Shown here one piece after another: positions 13,367 through 29,582 of a stretch of DNA of 64,000 bases; within the stretch, counting starts at the first letter, position 1; each line of letters begins with the position of its first letter. Made by a program: the position numbers and the translations under genes. Source of the stretch: Dictyostelium discoideum (lineage: Eukaryota); the NCBI GenBank assembly GCA_000004695.1, contig CM000154.2, positions 3,808,001 to 3,872,000 of the forward strand, read 5' to 3'. The notes under the pieces were generated by a model. The model did not search any database and was not told the DNA's origin. It saw only the letters and a program-made list of their open reading frames with translations.

Positions 13367-15232
13367 AATTGAATTAATATTTGGTAAGAAATAATAATTA
13401 AAAATTTGATCAATTATTAAAGATAATCTTGTTTTCTTTAATAAAGGAACAACGATTTTAAAAATATTTTTTGGAGAGATTGTAATGGAAAATTTAGAGG
13501 ATGATAATGCCCAATCAACCCAATTTTTATCATTTAGTCTATTTGTTAAAATCAAACCAGCAAAAAATGTATTAAAATCTAAAATACATCTTCCACATTT
13601 AATTTCATCACCATCATTAAAACTAAATAACCAATCTAATAAATTTATATCCCATGTATTTAATAATTGAATTGGATCATGTAATGATTGAAATGGTTGA
13701 TAGGATTTAATTGTTGATTTTGTTTTTTCAATTAGATGTTTAATATTTTCATAGTGTTGTTGGTTGAGGATCGGTTTGGAATGTTGTAAAATGGTTTCAT
13801 CAAAATTCCAATTAATTTCTGGTTTATTAACAACATGTAAGGCAATTTTTGAAAGCTGGTATTGGTCGCTTTGTTTAAGGGTTGGATAGTTAACAAAATT
13901 TAAACTATTTTTAATTGTTAATAGAAATTTATCATATTTTTCATGGCCAATAAATTGTTCAAATCTTTTTAATAGATCCATTCTTCCTAATTGATACCAT
14001 ATTTCTACACTATTTTTGTCTTGTTCAACGAGATCAAATATCCAAGGAAAATTATTAAAACAATATTCAAACATTGAAATTGACATGAAGCAGCCAAAGA
14101 TGAAATGTTTAAAATTTTCATTAGAATTGGAAGTCAAAGTTTTAAAAAGTAAAGAGGCTTGAGAAATTCCACCTAATTCTTCAACTGCTAATTCTAAAAG
14201 ACCAATATCATCATTTCTAATCAATAAACGTAATACAAAAAGAGTAATATTAGAATTTCCAGGTTCAGAGATGGGATGAATAATCCCTTTGATAAATTGG
14301 ACTTTTCTCTCTCTATTATTTTTACAAAATTTAAATAATTGAATTTTATTTGGTATCGTCGAAGGCCAAACATTTGTTAAATAATTTGGATTTTTTTTTT
14401 GAATTTGTTCAAAAATTGAATGATCCCCAAATTTTAATGAAATTTTTAAAAGGAGTGGTTCTATGTTGACGCTTAAGGATTGTGATTCTTCCTTATTTAT
14501 TAATATATAATCATATAGTGGAATCCCTACATATAAACGAAGATTATTAAATAATTGTATTACCATATCTTTAATTGATTTCGTTGAAGAAGAAGAAGAA
14601 GAAGAAGAAGAAGAAGAAGAAGAAGAAGAAGAAGAAGAAGAAGAAGAAGAAGAAGAAGAAGAAGAAGAAGAAGAAGAAGAAGAAGAAGAAGAAGAAGAAG
14701 AAGAAGAAGATAATGATAATTCTTGATCCAATAAAAATATTAATTTTGAATTTAATTGTTCATTTGTATATTCTATTTTTGACCAATCAAAATTTTTATT
14801 TGAAAGTAATTCAAATAGTTTAACAGATTCAATCAAATTTGATAATGAAAATATTCTTAAAATTGATTTTTTTCCAAAAAAAAAATTACATTGGATTTCA
14901 GTTTGCAACATTGTTTTAATGGGTTTGCTATCAATGATTGATTTGAATTTTCCATTTGAATCAAATAAATAGTTTAAAAATTTCATGGTACTTTTTTTTC
15001 CACTTGAACTAATACATCTGAAAAACTTTGACTCAATTAATAGGTTGGATATTTCTTTTTTTTCTTTTTTTGATAAATATATAGTATTTACCATATAATC
15101 TTCAGTTAAATATTTATATATTTTTAATTTTGAATATATACAAGCATTTCTAATTGCACTAGTTAGTAATTGGATTTTTGTAATTGCTGGATTATTTATT
15201 TTTGATGTTGGATTTGTTTTTTGAATATTTAT

Positions 15233-15276
<44 letters not shown>

Positions 15277-15946
15277 GTGATGATATTTGTTCAAATTGAT
15301 AATACCCTTCCTCCAATAATATCTTTAAAGCTATTAAACATCCATGTTCAATTGCTGATAATAAAACTTGATAATAGTTATTTAAAAAGTATTTATTATA
15401 ATTTAAAAATAAATATTGATAAAAATTAACATCATCTTTAATTGCTTTAAATATATATTCATACCAATAAAGACTTTTAATTGGTTTGGTATTGGCACTT
15501 TGAGTAGTTCTGGAAACTAGTTGTTGTTGTTGTTGTTTTTGTATATATTCATTATATTCAATATAAAGTTGATTTTTATAAAATTTATCTTTTAATAACT
15601 CTATTTGATTATTCTTTACCATAAATGATAAATCATTAATACAATGATAGGATTTTAAAAAAGAATGATGAAAATTTGAAAAGATCTTTTTAAATAAAAC
15701 TTTGTTATTAAAGATTTTCCAAAATAATCTTTCACTAATTTCAATATCTTTAATTGGTAAATCATCGATTTTACTTTTAAATGTAATTTCTTTAGTTTGT
15801 AATTTATTTTCTTTTTTCTCTTTAATATATTTATTAATTCTTTTTATAATTTCAGATTTATTTCCTTTTATTTTAATATTATATGATTTTGCAATCTTAA
15901 TAATTTCATGATAATTTTGATTTTCGTTTATCATATCAATATCCAT
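13076..15946 (-). CDS. hypothetical 956-aa protein with poly-Ser tract; paralog of the 38545..41100 protein (shared ERLFWK[IV]F.NK.LF and F..F...[FY]PW[IL]F.L motifs)
   Basis: Single long ORF. The (GAA)n run at 14586..14710 encodes poly-Ser on the minus strand. N-terminal region DIEISERLFWKIFNNKVLFKKIFSNFHH and internal SMFEYCFNNFPWIFDL match NNERLFWKVFRNKYLFYLIIDNL and IDIFKFIHSNYPWLFKL of the second protein. Confidence 0.5.
14586..14710. repeat. (GAA)n microsatellite, coding (poly-Ser on minus strand)
   Basis: About 125 bp of gaa repeats inside CDS 13076..15946. Confidence 0.9.
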
Positions 15947-16090
15947 TTTTTTTTATTTTGATTACATTCAAAAAAAAAAAAAAAAAAAAAAAAATAAAGC
16001 CAAAAACGAAAAAAAAAAAAAAAAAAAAAAATTTAAAAAAAAAATATCTAAATGTTACACTTTTATTGGAAATTTTTAAGATAATTTTAA

Positions 16091-17545
16091 TTATTTTGGT
16101 AAAGCAATTGTTTCAGGTGTGTATGATGGCTCTTTTCCACCATTATTTTTAATAATAACTTTTCTTAAAAGTTCAGCAGTCTTTTTGAAATGTTTGGAAT
16201 TTGCTAAATCTAAAGCACCATTCATTAAAGTTGTGAAACCTTCTTTACTTGTATCAGTAAATTCTACATGTTTTTCTAATTTACTTTCAAATCTAAAAAC
16301 GAATAGGTCATCATCAGAAAATTCACTATTTCTTCTGAAGTTCATGAAATTTTCAAAGAGAGTATGGGTTGATGGTGATTTTAAGGCAAGTCTCTTTGAT
16401 AAATCTATCATTTTCTTAAATTCAATACCATTCTTGATTCCTTGGATTGGACCTACAAATTGGAGATTACTTTCTAAAGCAGTACTAGTTGCTTCATCAA
16501 TTGGTGTTAAAATTTGTTCTAATTGTGAATTTGATTGACGATTCATTTCTTTTAATTGATCATTTGTTATACCATCAGCATCAACAATTCCACCTGTACC
16601 AAATGAGAGTATTATAATTCTATCATTTGGGAATTGATTTCTAGCTTCACCATATGCAATCAAAATTGGATTATTATACAAAAATCCACCATCGTAAAAA
16701 GTTACATCATCCTTTGTTATTAATTTAAATGCACCTGGAATATCAGAAGTTGCTCTAATTGCTTCGATTACAGATAATTGATTTTTATCATCACCTGAAC
16801 CAACAATAAATCTTTGTGAATCAATAATCAATTGTTTATTATCATTATCAACTGGTTTATAGTTTGAAATGATATCTACAATAAGTTCATCTTCATTTCC
16901 TTCTTTCTTTGGTGAACATGCAGTAACAAAGAATTTTTGATTATTTTCTATAGGTCCAGAATTACCAATTAAGGTAGTTCTTGCAAGTTCTTCTAATTTA
17001 GATGAATCGTATGCTTCAGCTCTTAAATAGATATTTTTAATATTTTCTAAATACTATTTTAATATTTAAAAAAAAAAAAAAAAAAAAAAACCTATAAGTA
17101 TACTAAACTTGATTTTTTTTGATCGGTCATTTGACGATAAAAAAAAAATAAATAAAATAAAATAAAATAAAATAAAATAAAAAATGTATATTAATAAACA
17201 CTTACTGAACTAACAAATATTTTTTTTGCATCTTCACCAACATATAAATTTGATAAAGCTTCATTGTTAAGTTTTCCAACAGCCTTTGAGATAGCAATTA
17301 TACCACCAGTACTTGTACCACCAACTAATGAAGATTCATTAATTAAATCACAACCTACTTCTTGAAAAAGTTTTTCTAATAACTATCTCATTTTTATTAT
17401 ATTTTTTTTTTTTTTTAGTATTTTTTTTTTTTTTTTTTTTTCTTTTTTTTTTTTTAATTAATAATAAACATACCCAAACTGTATAATAACCCCTTGTACC
17501 ACCACCATCAATTACAGTTACTATTCTAATTGGTTTATCTGTCAT
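16091..17545 (-). CDS. patatin-like phospholipase (PNPLA domain), copy A, ~403 aa; 3 exons: join(17545..17474,17382..17206,17053..16091) on minus strand
   Basis: Exon 1 MTDKPIRIVTVIDGGGTRGYYTVW carries the patatin GGGxRG oxyanion motif; donor GTATGT. Exon 2 LLEKLFQEVGCDLINESSLVGGTSTGGIIAISKAV… carries the G-x-S-x-G lipase serine motif GTSTG; donor GTAAGT. Exon 3 YLENIKN…FIVGSGDDKNQ…TFYDGGFLYNNPILIAYGEARNQ… carries the catalytic Asp in DGG. Phases consistent (72+177+963 nt). Confidence 0.85.
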
Positions 17546-17993
17546 TATTTGCAATATAAAAATAAAACAATAAAAGGATAAATATTAAATATTAATAATT
17601 AAGAGAAATAAAATAAAGTAAAAAAAAGAATTTTTTTTTTTTTTTTATTTTTATACAAAAAATAAAAAATCAAAATTAAAATAATATTATTTTAAAATAA
17701 TCTTTTTTTTTTAAAATAATTATGAAAAGTAAAATGAGATCTCGATCGATCATCTTTTTAAAAAAAAAACAATCAATTATAAAAATCTAAAAAAAATCGA
17801 CCCACAAAAAAAATTATCAATAATTTCGTTTTTTGGTCATCTTGTTTCGAAACACGAAAAAAAAAAGTAGTTTGTTAAATGTTTGTTTGGTGAAAGGAGA
17901 AAAAAAAAAAAAATCCCAAACATTATTTAATAATTTACAATAAAATATATTTTTAAGAATTTAAAGTTTATTTTTTATTATTATTTTATAAAG

Positions 17994-18043
<50 letters not shown>

Positions 18044-18054
18044 TTTAATTAAAT

Positions 18055-19450
18055 TTATGGTGGACAAATAGTTTCAGATATATATGATGGTTCTTTTCCA
18101 CCATTATTATTAGTAATTACTTGTCTTAAAAGTTTCGCAGTTTTTTTGAATTGTTCAGAATTTGATAAATCAATTGCACCATTCATTAAGGCTGTTAAAC
18201 TTTCTTTACTAGTATCACTAAATCCAACTTGTTTTTCTAATTTACTTTCAAATCTAAATACTAAAACGTTTTTATCAGGAGTTTTGCTATCTTTTAAGAA
18301 TTTCATGAAATTTTCATAGAGGGTATGTGACGATGGAGAATTTTTTACTAATTTCAAACATATTTTTAAATTATCAAGGAATTGTTTAACATTCTGAGCT
18401 GGGTCACCACTTTGTAGTAAAGTTTTAGTTGCTTCATCATGTGGTGTTAAAATTTGTTCTAATTCTAAATTTGATTGAATATTGATATCCTTTAATTGAT
18501 CATTTGTAATTCCATCAGTATCAGTAGTTTCAGCTGTACCAAATGAGAGTATTATAATTCTATCATTTGGGAATTGATTTCTAGCTTCTCAATATGCAAC
18601 TAAAATTGGATTATTATACAAAAAGCCACCATCGTAAAAAGTTACATCATCCTTTGTTATTAATTTAAATGCACCTGGAATATCAGAAGTTGCTCTGATT
18701 GCTTCGATGGTTGATAATTGATTTTTATCATCACCAGAACCAACAATAAATCTTTGTGAATCAACAATAAAGCTTTTCCTATCATTATCAACTGGTTTAT
18801 AGTTTGAAAGGATATCTAATGCAACATCATCTTTATTTCCATTCTTTGGTGAACATGCAGTAACAAAGAAATTTTGATTATTTTCTATAACTCCTGATGG
18901 GCCAACTAAAACTTTTATAGCATAGTCTTCAAGTTGATCTGAAATATATGCTTCACCATTTTCAATTATATTTTCAATTATTTTTAAATACTTTTATAAT
19001 TATTATTATTTTTTTTTTTGAAACATAAAATTATAAAAAAAAAAATTAAAAAAAAAGTGATTAGAAAAAAAAAAAATAATTAATTATTGGATTAAAATAA
19101 AATTTATTACTCACTGAATCAACAAAAATATTTTTTGCAGCAGTCCCAGCATATAAATTTGATAATTCATCATTTCCTGTTTTACCAACAGCTTTTGAGA
19201 TGGTAATTATACCACCAGTACTTGTACCACCAACTAATGAAGATTCCTTAATTAAATCACAACCTGCTTCTTCAAAAAGTTTTTCTAATAACTATTTTAT
19301 TTTATATTTTTTTTTTTTTAGTTTTTTTTTTTTTTATTTTTTATTTTTTTTTTTTGTAATATTAAAATTAAAATATACCCAAACGGTATAATATCCTCTT
19401 AAACCACCTCCATCAAGTACTGAAATTATTCTAATTGGTTTATCTGTCAT
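18055..19450 (-). pseudogene. patatin-like phospholipase copy B (tandem paralog of copy A), same 3-exon structure join(19450..19379,19291..19115,18990..18055) but with an in-frame TGA at 18589..18591
   Basis: Exon 1 MTDKPIRIISVLDGGGLRGYYTVW; exon 2 …LVGGTSTGGIITISKAVGK…; exon 3 YLKIIENIIENGEAY…TFYDGGFLYNNPILVAY*EARNQ…. Copy A has gca tat GGT gaa gct where copy B has gca tat TGA gaa gct. That is two substitutions in one codon inside an otherwise near-identical stretch. The ORF track therefore shows only the C-terminal 100-aa fragment 18055..18357 (TTG start). Confidence 0.6.
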
Positions 19451-19635
19451 TTTTAAACTTATAATAATATTAATAGAAATGAAAAAATAATATTATTTTA
19501 AAAAAAAAAAAAGTTTAAAAAGAAATTTAAAAAAAAATTGTTTATTTCCCATAGACTTGGAAATCAAAGAAAAAATTTAAAAAAAATAATTAAATAATAA
19601 AAAATTCATTTGAACCACTATTATTAGGACTACAC

Positions 19636-19754
19636 AAAAAAAATTGACCAACCCATCAAAAAAAAAAAAAGGAAAACAAAAAAAAAAAAAAAAAAAGAAA
19701 ATAAAACAAAAAAAAAATCTTGATCTTTGCATCAAAAAAAATTGACCAACCCAT
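19636..19754. promoter_or_regulatory. two perfect 21-bp direct repeats aaaaaaaattgaccaacccat (19636..19656 and 19733..19754) upstream of patatin copy B; related motif aaaaaaaatcgacccacaaaaaaaa at 17789..17813 upstream of copy A
   Basis: Read directly from the sequence. Both lie about 190-300 bp upstream of the respective minus-strand start codons. Candidate shared cis-element of the duplicated patatin promoters. Confidence 0.35.
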
Positions 19755-19989
19755 TTTAAAAAAAAAAATCCATTCTGTTTTAGGTTCAAATATATCCTCC
19801 AGAAAAGTGGTCGTTTTCAATTAATTGGATTCTATAAATAAAAAATTAAATCTAATTTTTTTTTTTTTTTTTTTATGGAAGAATAAATACCATCTTTTTT
19901 TTTTTTTTTTTTTTTTACAATTTCTTTTATTTTTATATTTATTTTTATATTTATTTTTATTTTTTATTTTTATTTTTAAATTAAAATTT

Positions 19990-21044
19990 TTAATTAAATT
20001 GATCATGACCAATGATATCACCAATTTGATAATTTATAATTTCTAAATAACCAATTAAATTTTCACTTGATCTTGAACGAATATTTTCACAAATGATTGG
20101 GAAATCCGATTGAAAGTCAAGGAATTGATTCTCTAATAAAAAGATAAGGAAATGGAAATCTGAAAAGAATTTCAAAGGAGAGACATCTTTATGCTCGAGT
20201 TTATAAGAGGCCAAATCCGAGAGGGTATTTACAGGTATTCTATTTTCCACTGGGAAAGAGATGTTAAAGATGGATTTATCTTCTCTTGCCTTCAATGGAA
20301 CGGTAACGATGAAAAAGTGAGTATCGGCATTGATAGTTTCAGTGCCTTCTTCAAAAACTGGTGATTTTAATTTACATTTGGTTGGATCAGGTTGAGTTGG
20401 GAGGAATTCTCCGGTTTTCTCCAATTTAAGTGCTTGATCAGATACTTGGAAAGCCTCCATATTACTTTGACCATCACTATTGACCGAGAGGATTAAAGTG
20501 ACAAAGCTTGGACCATACTTATTTTGATAGGAAGCTGCTTGAATGATTTCAGTGGATGACATTGTATACTTTCTTGATGGATGTGAAAAGATCCAACCAA
20601 CTCTTGTCAAACCCAACATTGATGCCATTGATTCAATCTTATCAGCCAATGGATCTGGTAAGAGTGTTGGAGTTTGTTTATCCTTACATTCTTGTGGTGG
20701 CTCATAGATACTATCAACAACCACTGAACCATCCGATAAAAAGTTACCAAATAAGAAACCGATTCTTTGTTGTTCATATTTACTATTGGCAATATATTGT
20801 TGGAAAATGTTGGCAGATTGAAAATCAACCAATGCACCTGGTGCATGTGGATTATCTTGACTCTTTAATCTCATCTTTAAACTTTCTCTCCACTCTATAC
20901 ACTCCACACATGATCCATTAATACCATGATTCTTACATCTTCTCTTTGGTACTTCAATTGAATTTGGATCATCTTTTGGTAAACAATTTATACATTTTTG
21001 ATTTGGTCCATGTAAACATTTTGTTTTCTAAAAAAATAAAAAAA

Positions 21045-21089
<45 letters not shown>

Positions 21090-22121
21090 AGTATTATAAT
21101 ACATTTTTTATTTTTAAAAAACTACTATTACTACTACTACCACTACCACTACTTACAACTTCATTTTTAATTGCAACTTTTGGCACAAAACCACTTTTTT
21201 TAATTTCTGAATTATCTTTATTATCTTTATTATCTTCTTCATTATCATCTTGATCTTCATCATCTTTATCCATACAATTTACACAAGTAGCGGTTGAACC
21301 ATGATTACATTTGTATGATACATTCTTTCCAACCCTTAAACAATTTGAACATTTACCACCTGCTGGATGATTACATAACCATTTTAATCTTTTACCTTTA
21401 AATTTCTTATTTTGACAATTTGGACATGTTGCATTCTCTGGATGATCACATCTTTTCATACCTTGTGCATCTGAACAAAATACACATTTATCACCAACTG
21501 CATGTTTACATCTAGGTGTTAATCCATTTGGTAATTTTTCATCATATGATATTTCTTTTTTACTAATATTATTATTATTATTATTATTATTACTACCGCT
21601 ACTAGCTTTATTATCATTATTATTATTATTATTATTTCCAACTAAATGTAATAAATCTCCACTCCTATTATTAATTTAAAAATTATTATTAATATTATTA
21701 TTATTAATGAATTTTTAAAAAAAGTATACTCACTTTATACCAAGTGATGATAATTTATCACCAACTTCTAATGGTGGGTCTCTTGGTGTTTTGGTAATTG
21801 ATTTACCATCTATATCTACATTATTTTCTTTTAACTATTTGGGAAAAATGAAAAATTAATATATTTAATATAAATTGGAAAAAAAAGTAAAATGGAGAAA
21901 TTTGTTAGAATCAAATTAAATAAAAAAAAAAAAAAAGGTAATTAATTATAAAAACTTACTTTTACATATAAATCTTTAACAATAGCTGTATCGCTAACAT
22001 TGATTTTTGTTGTACCACTTGGTGATCTAACTGCAATAATCTGAAAAGAAAAAAAGAAAGAATGTTAATGTTATTTTCGAAAATGAATTAAAAAAAAAAA
22101 AAAAAAAAAAATATTTACCAT
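19990..22121 (-). CDS. NPL4 homolog (Cdc48/p97 cofactor; ubiquitin-like N-domain, zinc-finger region, MPN-like domain); 5 exons on minus strand: join(22121..22119,22040..21960,21834..21734,21664..21157,21027..19990)
   Basis: Exon 1 is just ATG followed directly by donor GTAAAT. Exons 2-4 give IIAVRSPSGTTKINVSDTAIVKDLYVK / LKENNVDIDGKSITKTPRDPPLEVGDKLSSLGI / KSGDLLHLVGNN… (human NPL4 has IIRVQSPDG…KHGDLLFL). The zinc-finger-like region is CKHAVGDKCVFCSDAQGMKRCDHPENATCPNCQN…CNHPAGGKCSNCL…CNHGSTATCVNC. The last exon KTKCLHGPNQKCINCLP…HAPGALVDFQSANIFQQY…RIGFLFGNF… is the MPN-type core. Donors are GTAAGT/GTGAGT and all phases are consistent. Confidence 0.8.
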
Positions 22122-22803
22122 CTTAAACTTTTATAATTTTTTTTTTCTCTATTTATGTGTGTGTGTATGTATGTATGTGTATATATTTATATTTGTGTTT
22201 GTGTTATTCGTATGTTTTATAAAAATTAAAAAAAAAAAAAAAAAAAACAAAAAAAACCAAAAATTAAAAATGAATAAGTTCAATTAAAAAAAAAAAAAAA
22301 TAAAAAAATAAAAAAAAAATTTAATTTAAAAAAAAAAAAAAAAAAATATAAATATTATTTATATTGATTAGTCATTAAAAACGTACTTCGAGAAAAAAAA
22401 AAATGGTGATTAGACTTCTTTGACTCAATTTTAAGATACCAAATTTTAAAAATCCTAATTTAGATATTAATGATTTCTTTCATTTAAATATTTTTTTATT
22501 TTATTTTAATTTAATTTAATTTTTTTTTTATTTTATTTTTTAATTTTATTTTTTTAAATTTTTTTTTTTTTTTTTTTTTAATTTTAATTTTTTTTTTTTT
22601 TATTTTTGGTCACACAAACACTATCACAATATCTTTTTTTTTTTTTTTTTTTTTTTTGACAATATATTAAATTAGTTTTTTTTTTTTTTTTTTTCCTTAG
22701 TTTTGTTTAGATTTTATATATTTTTTTATTTTTTTTTTTTTATTTTTTGTTTTCTCATTATTAAAGTTTTAATATATTTTCAAAGGAAAAAAAATAAAAA
22801 TAA

Positions 22804-24161
<1,358 letters not shown>

Positions 24162-24337
24162 AAAAAAAGTTTTTCTTCAGTAGAAAAAGTTTAAATTATA
24201 ATCACTCTGTGAAAAAAAAAAAAAAAAAAAAAACCAAATCAAATAAATTAATAATTACTGGTCACCAGTTACAAATTAAAAAAAAAAAACTGTTTTTATA
24301 TTTGTTTGTCTTTTCTTTTCTTTTTTTATTATTATTT

Positions 24338-26086
<1,749 letters not shown>

Positions 26087-26720
26087 ATTGTTTTATTATT
26101 ATTTGTATTTCTAATTATTTGGTCAGACTATTGAAAAAAAAAAAATAAAAAAATAAAAAATAAAAAAAAAAAAAATGAAATTTTTTTTTTTCCAATTTTT
26201 TTTTTCATTAAAATTAATTAAATAAAATAAATAAAATATTAACAATATATACTCATTTTGAGTACAAATTATCTAATATGAGTTTTTTTTATAAAAGGAA
26301 AAAAAAAATATTATATAAATTTAAAATTTTAAATTTTAATAATTAACTTAAAAACCCCCTAAGGAATCAAATATTGAAAAAATTTATCTTTATTATCAGT
26401 TAATAATGATAAACTGTCATAATTATTTTTTCATTAATCAAATCATTCAAAGAATTTATTTTTTTTATTAATTTCAAAAAAGAAAATTAAAATTAAATTA
26501 AATCAAAAAAAAAAAAAAATAATTAAAGGAAAGACCACCTTTTAAAAAAAAAAAAATAAAAAAAAATAAAAAAAAAATAAAAAAAAAATTAATTTTTTTT
26601 AATAAATAAATTTTTTATTTTTTATTTTTTTTATTATATTAAAAAAAATTTTTTTTTGCTTTTCATTATATATTTTTTATTATACAATAAATTAATTCTA
26701 TATACTTTTTCTTCTAATAT

Positions 26721-26769
<49 letters not shown>

Positions 26770-26822
26770 ATTAAATTAAAATTAAAAACCAAGTCACAAA
26801 TATTACAACAACAATAAATAAA

Positions 26823-27292
26823 ATGAATGTTGAAAATCAAGATCCAAATATAATGGTTATCCCTAATAACAATTTGGGTCCAATTGATGGTAATAATATA
26901 TCACCAGCAATGAACGATGAAAATTCAAATAATGGATCATCATTTCTCAAGAATCTTGTAAACACAGGAACCAATCTTTTATTCTCATCATCATCATCAA
27001 TTGCATCACCACCAAATCTTGGAGGCCTTTCAAATGATTCCACCAACAACAACAGCAATAGCAATAATACTATTGATTCATCTAAGCCTTTATCATTTGA
27101 AAATGATATGTCTGATGGATATGAAGCTTTGGTAAGAAGAAGTGAAATTGCAATTGACCAATGTAAAGAATTATTAGACTTTTTTAAAAAAAGAGCATCT
27201 GAAGAAGAAAAATATTCAAAAAATATTTCAAATATGTTTTCAAAATTTAAAGTTAAAGACGACCATGAGTATGTATTTTTAAAAATTCCTTG

Positions 27293-27339
<47 letters not shown>

Positions 27340-29548
27340 AACAAATCTTTAATAATATTAATATTAAATAAAAAATTAATAGTACATTCCAAAAAGGTGT
27401 TTCACTTTTAAATAAAATTAATGATGCAGAATCAACAATTCACAGATCATTCTCTCAAAATATTACAACTAATCTTTATCATCCACTTAATGAAGCAATT
27501 AAAGATATGGAGAAATCAAGAAAGAGGGTAATATTTTTTTTTTTTTTTTTTTTATTAATTTAATAACACATATAAAATATTAAATATTTATATTAATCTT
27601 TGTATGTATATATATATTTTTAATTAATAGTTATTAGAAGATGGTAAAAAATTAAAAAATGATTTAAAAGATTCAATTGAAAATGTTAAGAAATCAAATC
27701 AAAAATATGAAAAATTATGTAGAGAGATGGAACAAGCAAAATTAGAATTAATTGAAGAAGGAAATGATACAAAATCAGGTAAAGTTGAAACATTGGAGAA
27801 AAAACTCGAAAAGACTAAATTGGCTTCAATTAAAGCAGAGGATGAATATAAGGAGCAAATAAATGAGACTAATGAATTCATCAGTGGTGTTTATCAAAAT
27901 AGATTATCAGAAAATCTAAGAGAATTTCAACAATTTGAATTGACAAGATTAGAAATCATGAAGAGTAACATTAGAAATTATATTGGCTTTATGAAAGATA
28001 TTCCACAAGCACTACAATGCGAAATTGATAGTACCAAAGGTTTCGTTGATATTATTGATCCAGAGGTTGATTTACAAAATTACATTATGAATAATAGTAA
28101 TCCAAAGAAAGTATTATTACCATTCATTTTCGAGGCATACAATGATCATAAACCATTTGTTGATCAACATAATCAAAATTCATCCTCATCTTCATCAACT
28201 AATGCATTAAATTATGCAAGTCCAATGAGTGCATCCGGCTCAATTACCAATACAATTACTTCACAATCAGGTTCCACAATCATTAGCAATGGTGCCTCAC
28301 AGCCAATTGAAATACCATCACCCCAACCAATCTCTGAACAACAACAAATACCACCACAACAACAACAGCAACAACAGCAAGCTCAAGTTCCCCCAACATC
28401 TATAAATCAATCATCAAGTCCACCAGTTAATCCAATGGGAAGACAACAATCATTGAAAGAGAATATTTTTGGTTTTTTCAATAAAGCAACAACAAATCTT
28501 AAATCCTCAACTTCATCATTACTAACAAAGGATGGTAATTCGACAACCTCCTCTAACACATCAACTAGCAACTCCAATCAATTATCAAAATCGGGTATTG
28601 GTTTACCAATTATTAATACAAATTCAATATTTGGTGTAGAGTTGGAAGTATTAATAGAGAATGATAATTCAAAAAAGAAAGGCAATGGTGTTGAATTAGA
28701 GGTCCCATTAATATTGACTCAATTTGTTCAAGCTCTATTGAAATTGGAGTCATTCAAAATGGATGGTGTTTTTGTTTCACTTCCATCTCATTTCAATATT
28801 CAACAAGAGAAACAAAAACTAGATCAAACTGGTACTTTAGAAAATATTACTGATGTTTATTTAATCGCAAGTTTATTTAAAAATTGGATTGGTGATTTAC
28901 CAAATCCATTAATAAGTTATGCTATTTAGTAAGTTTTGATTCTACTTTTTTTTATTATTCAATGCTACTCTATTTACTAATTACCCTCTCACTCTCTAAT
29001 ATTTTTAAATTGTTTAAATTATTTATAAATAGTCAAGAGATCATTGAAGCACCAGATAATGCATGGAAAATTATAGAATCTGGTATTCCAATACTTCATA
29101 GAAGGGTATTACACTACATTATTGACTTTTTAGTTGATTTTGTAAATTGTTCAAAAATGGATACCCACAGTATTTCATTAATATTCACACCTGTATTAAT
29201 TAGATCCCCATTTAATGGTGATAGTTTGTTAAACTCAAAGAAAGAAGTTGCCGTTATTGAAAATATGATCATTGATTCCTTAGAAACAAAAAGAGGAAAC
29301 TATATCTTGAAAAGAAATTTACCAATCATTCCAGATGATGAAAATTCTGATGATGATGATGATGATAGTGGTCATATAGATGATGAAAATAATAGCAGTA
29401 CAAGTGGTGAAAATGATATTAATACTACCAATATAAATAATAATAATAATGTCAATAGCAATAATGATACCAATAATAATAATAACAATAGTAATACTAC
29501 AACTACTAATAATAATAATAACAATGATAGTAATAATTCAAACTCTAC

Positions 29549-29582
<34 letters not shown>

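Noticed and set aside
17348-17554. ORF 17348..17554 start 'MQIM' as the patatin-A initiator
   Set aside because: The paralog starts MTDKPIRI, and the ATG at 17545 gives the same N-terminus. The upstream Met is probably 5'UTR, but this cannot be excluded.
18589-18591. In-frame TGA in patatin copy B as a selenocysteine codon
   Set aside because: The corresponding residue in the intact paralog is Gly, not Cys. Patatin-like lipases are not known selenoproteins. No SECIS-like structure is evident downstream.
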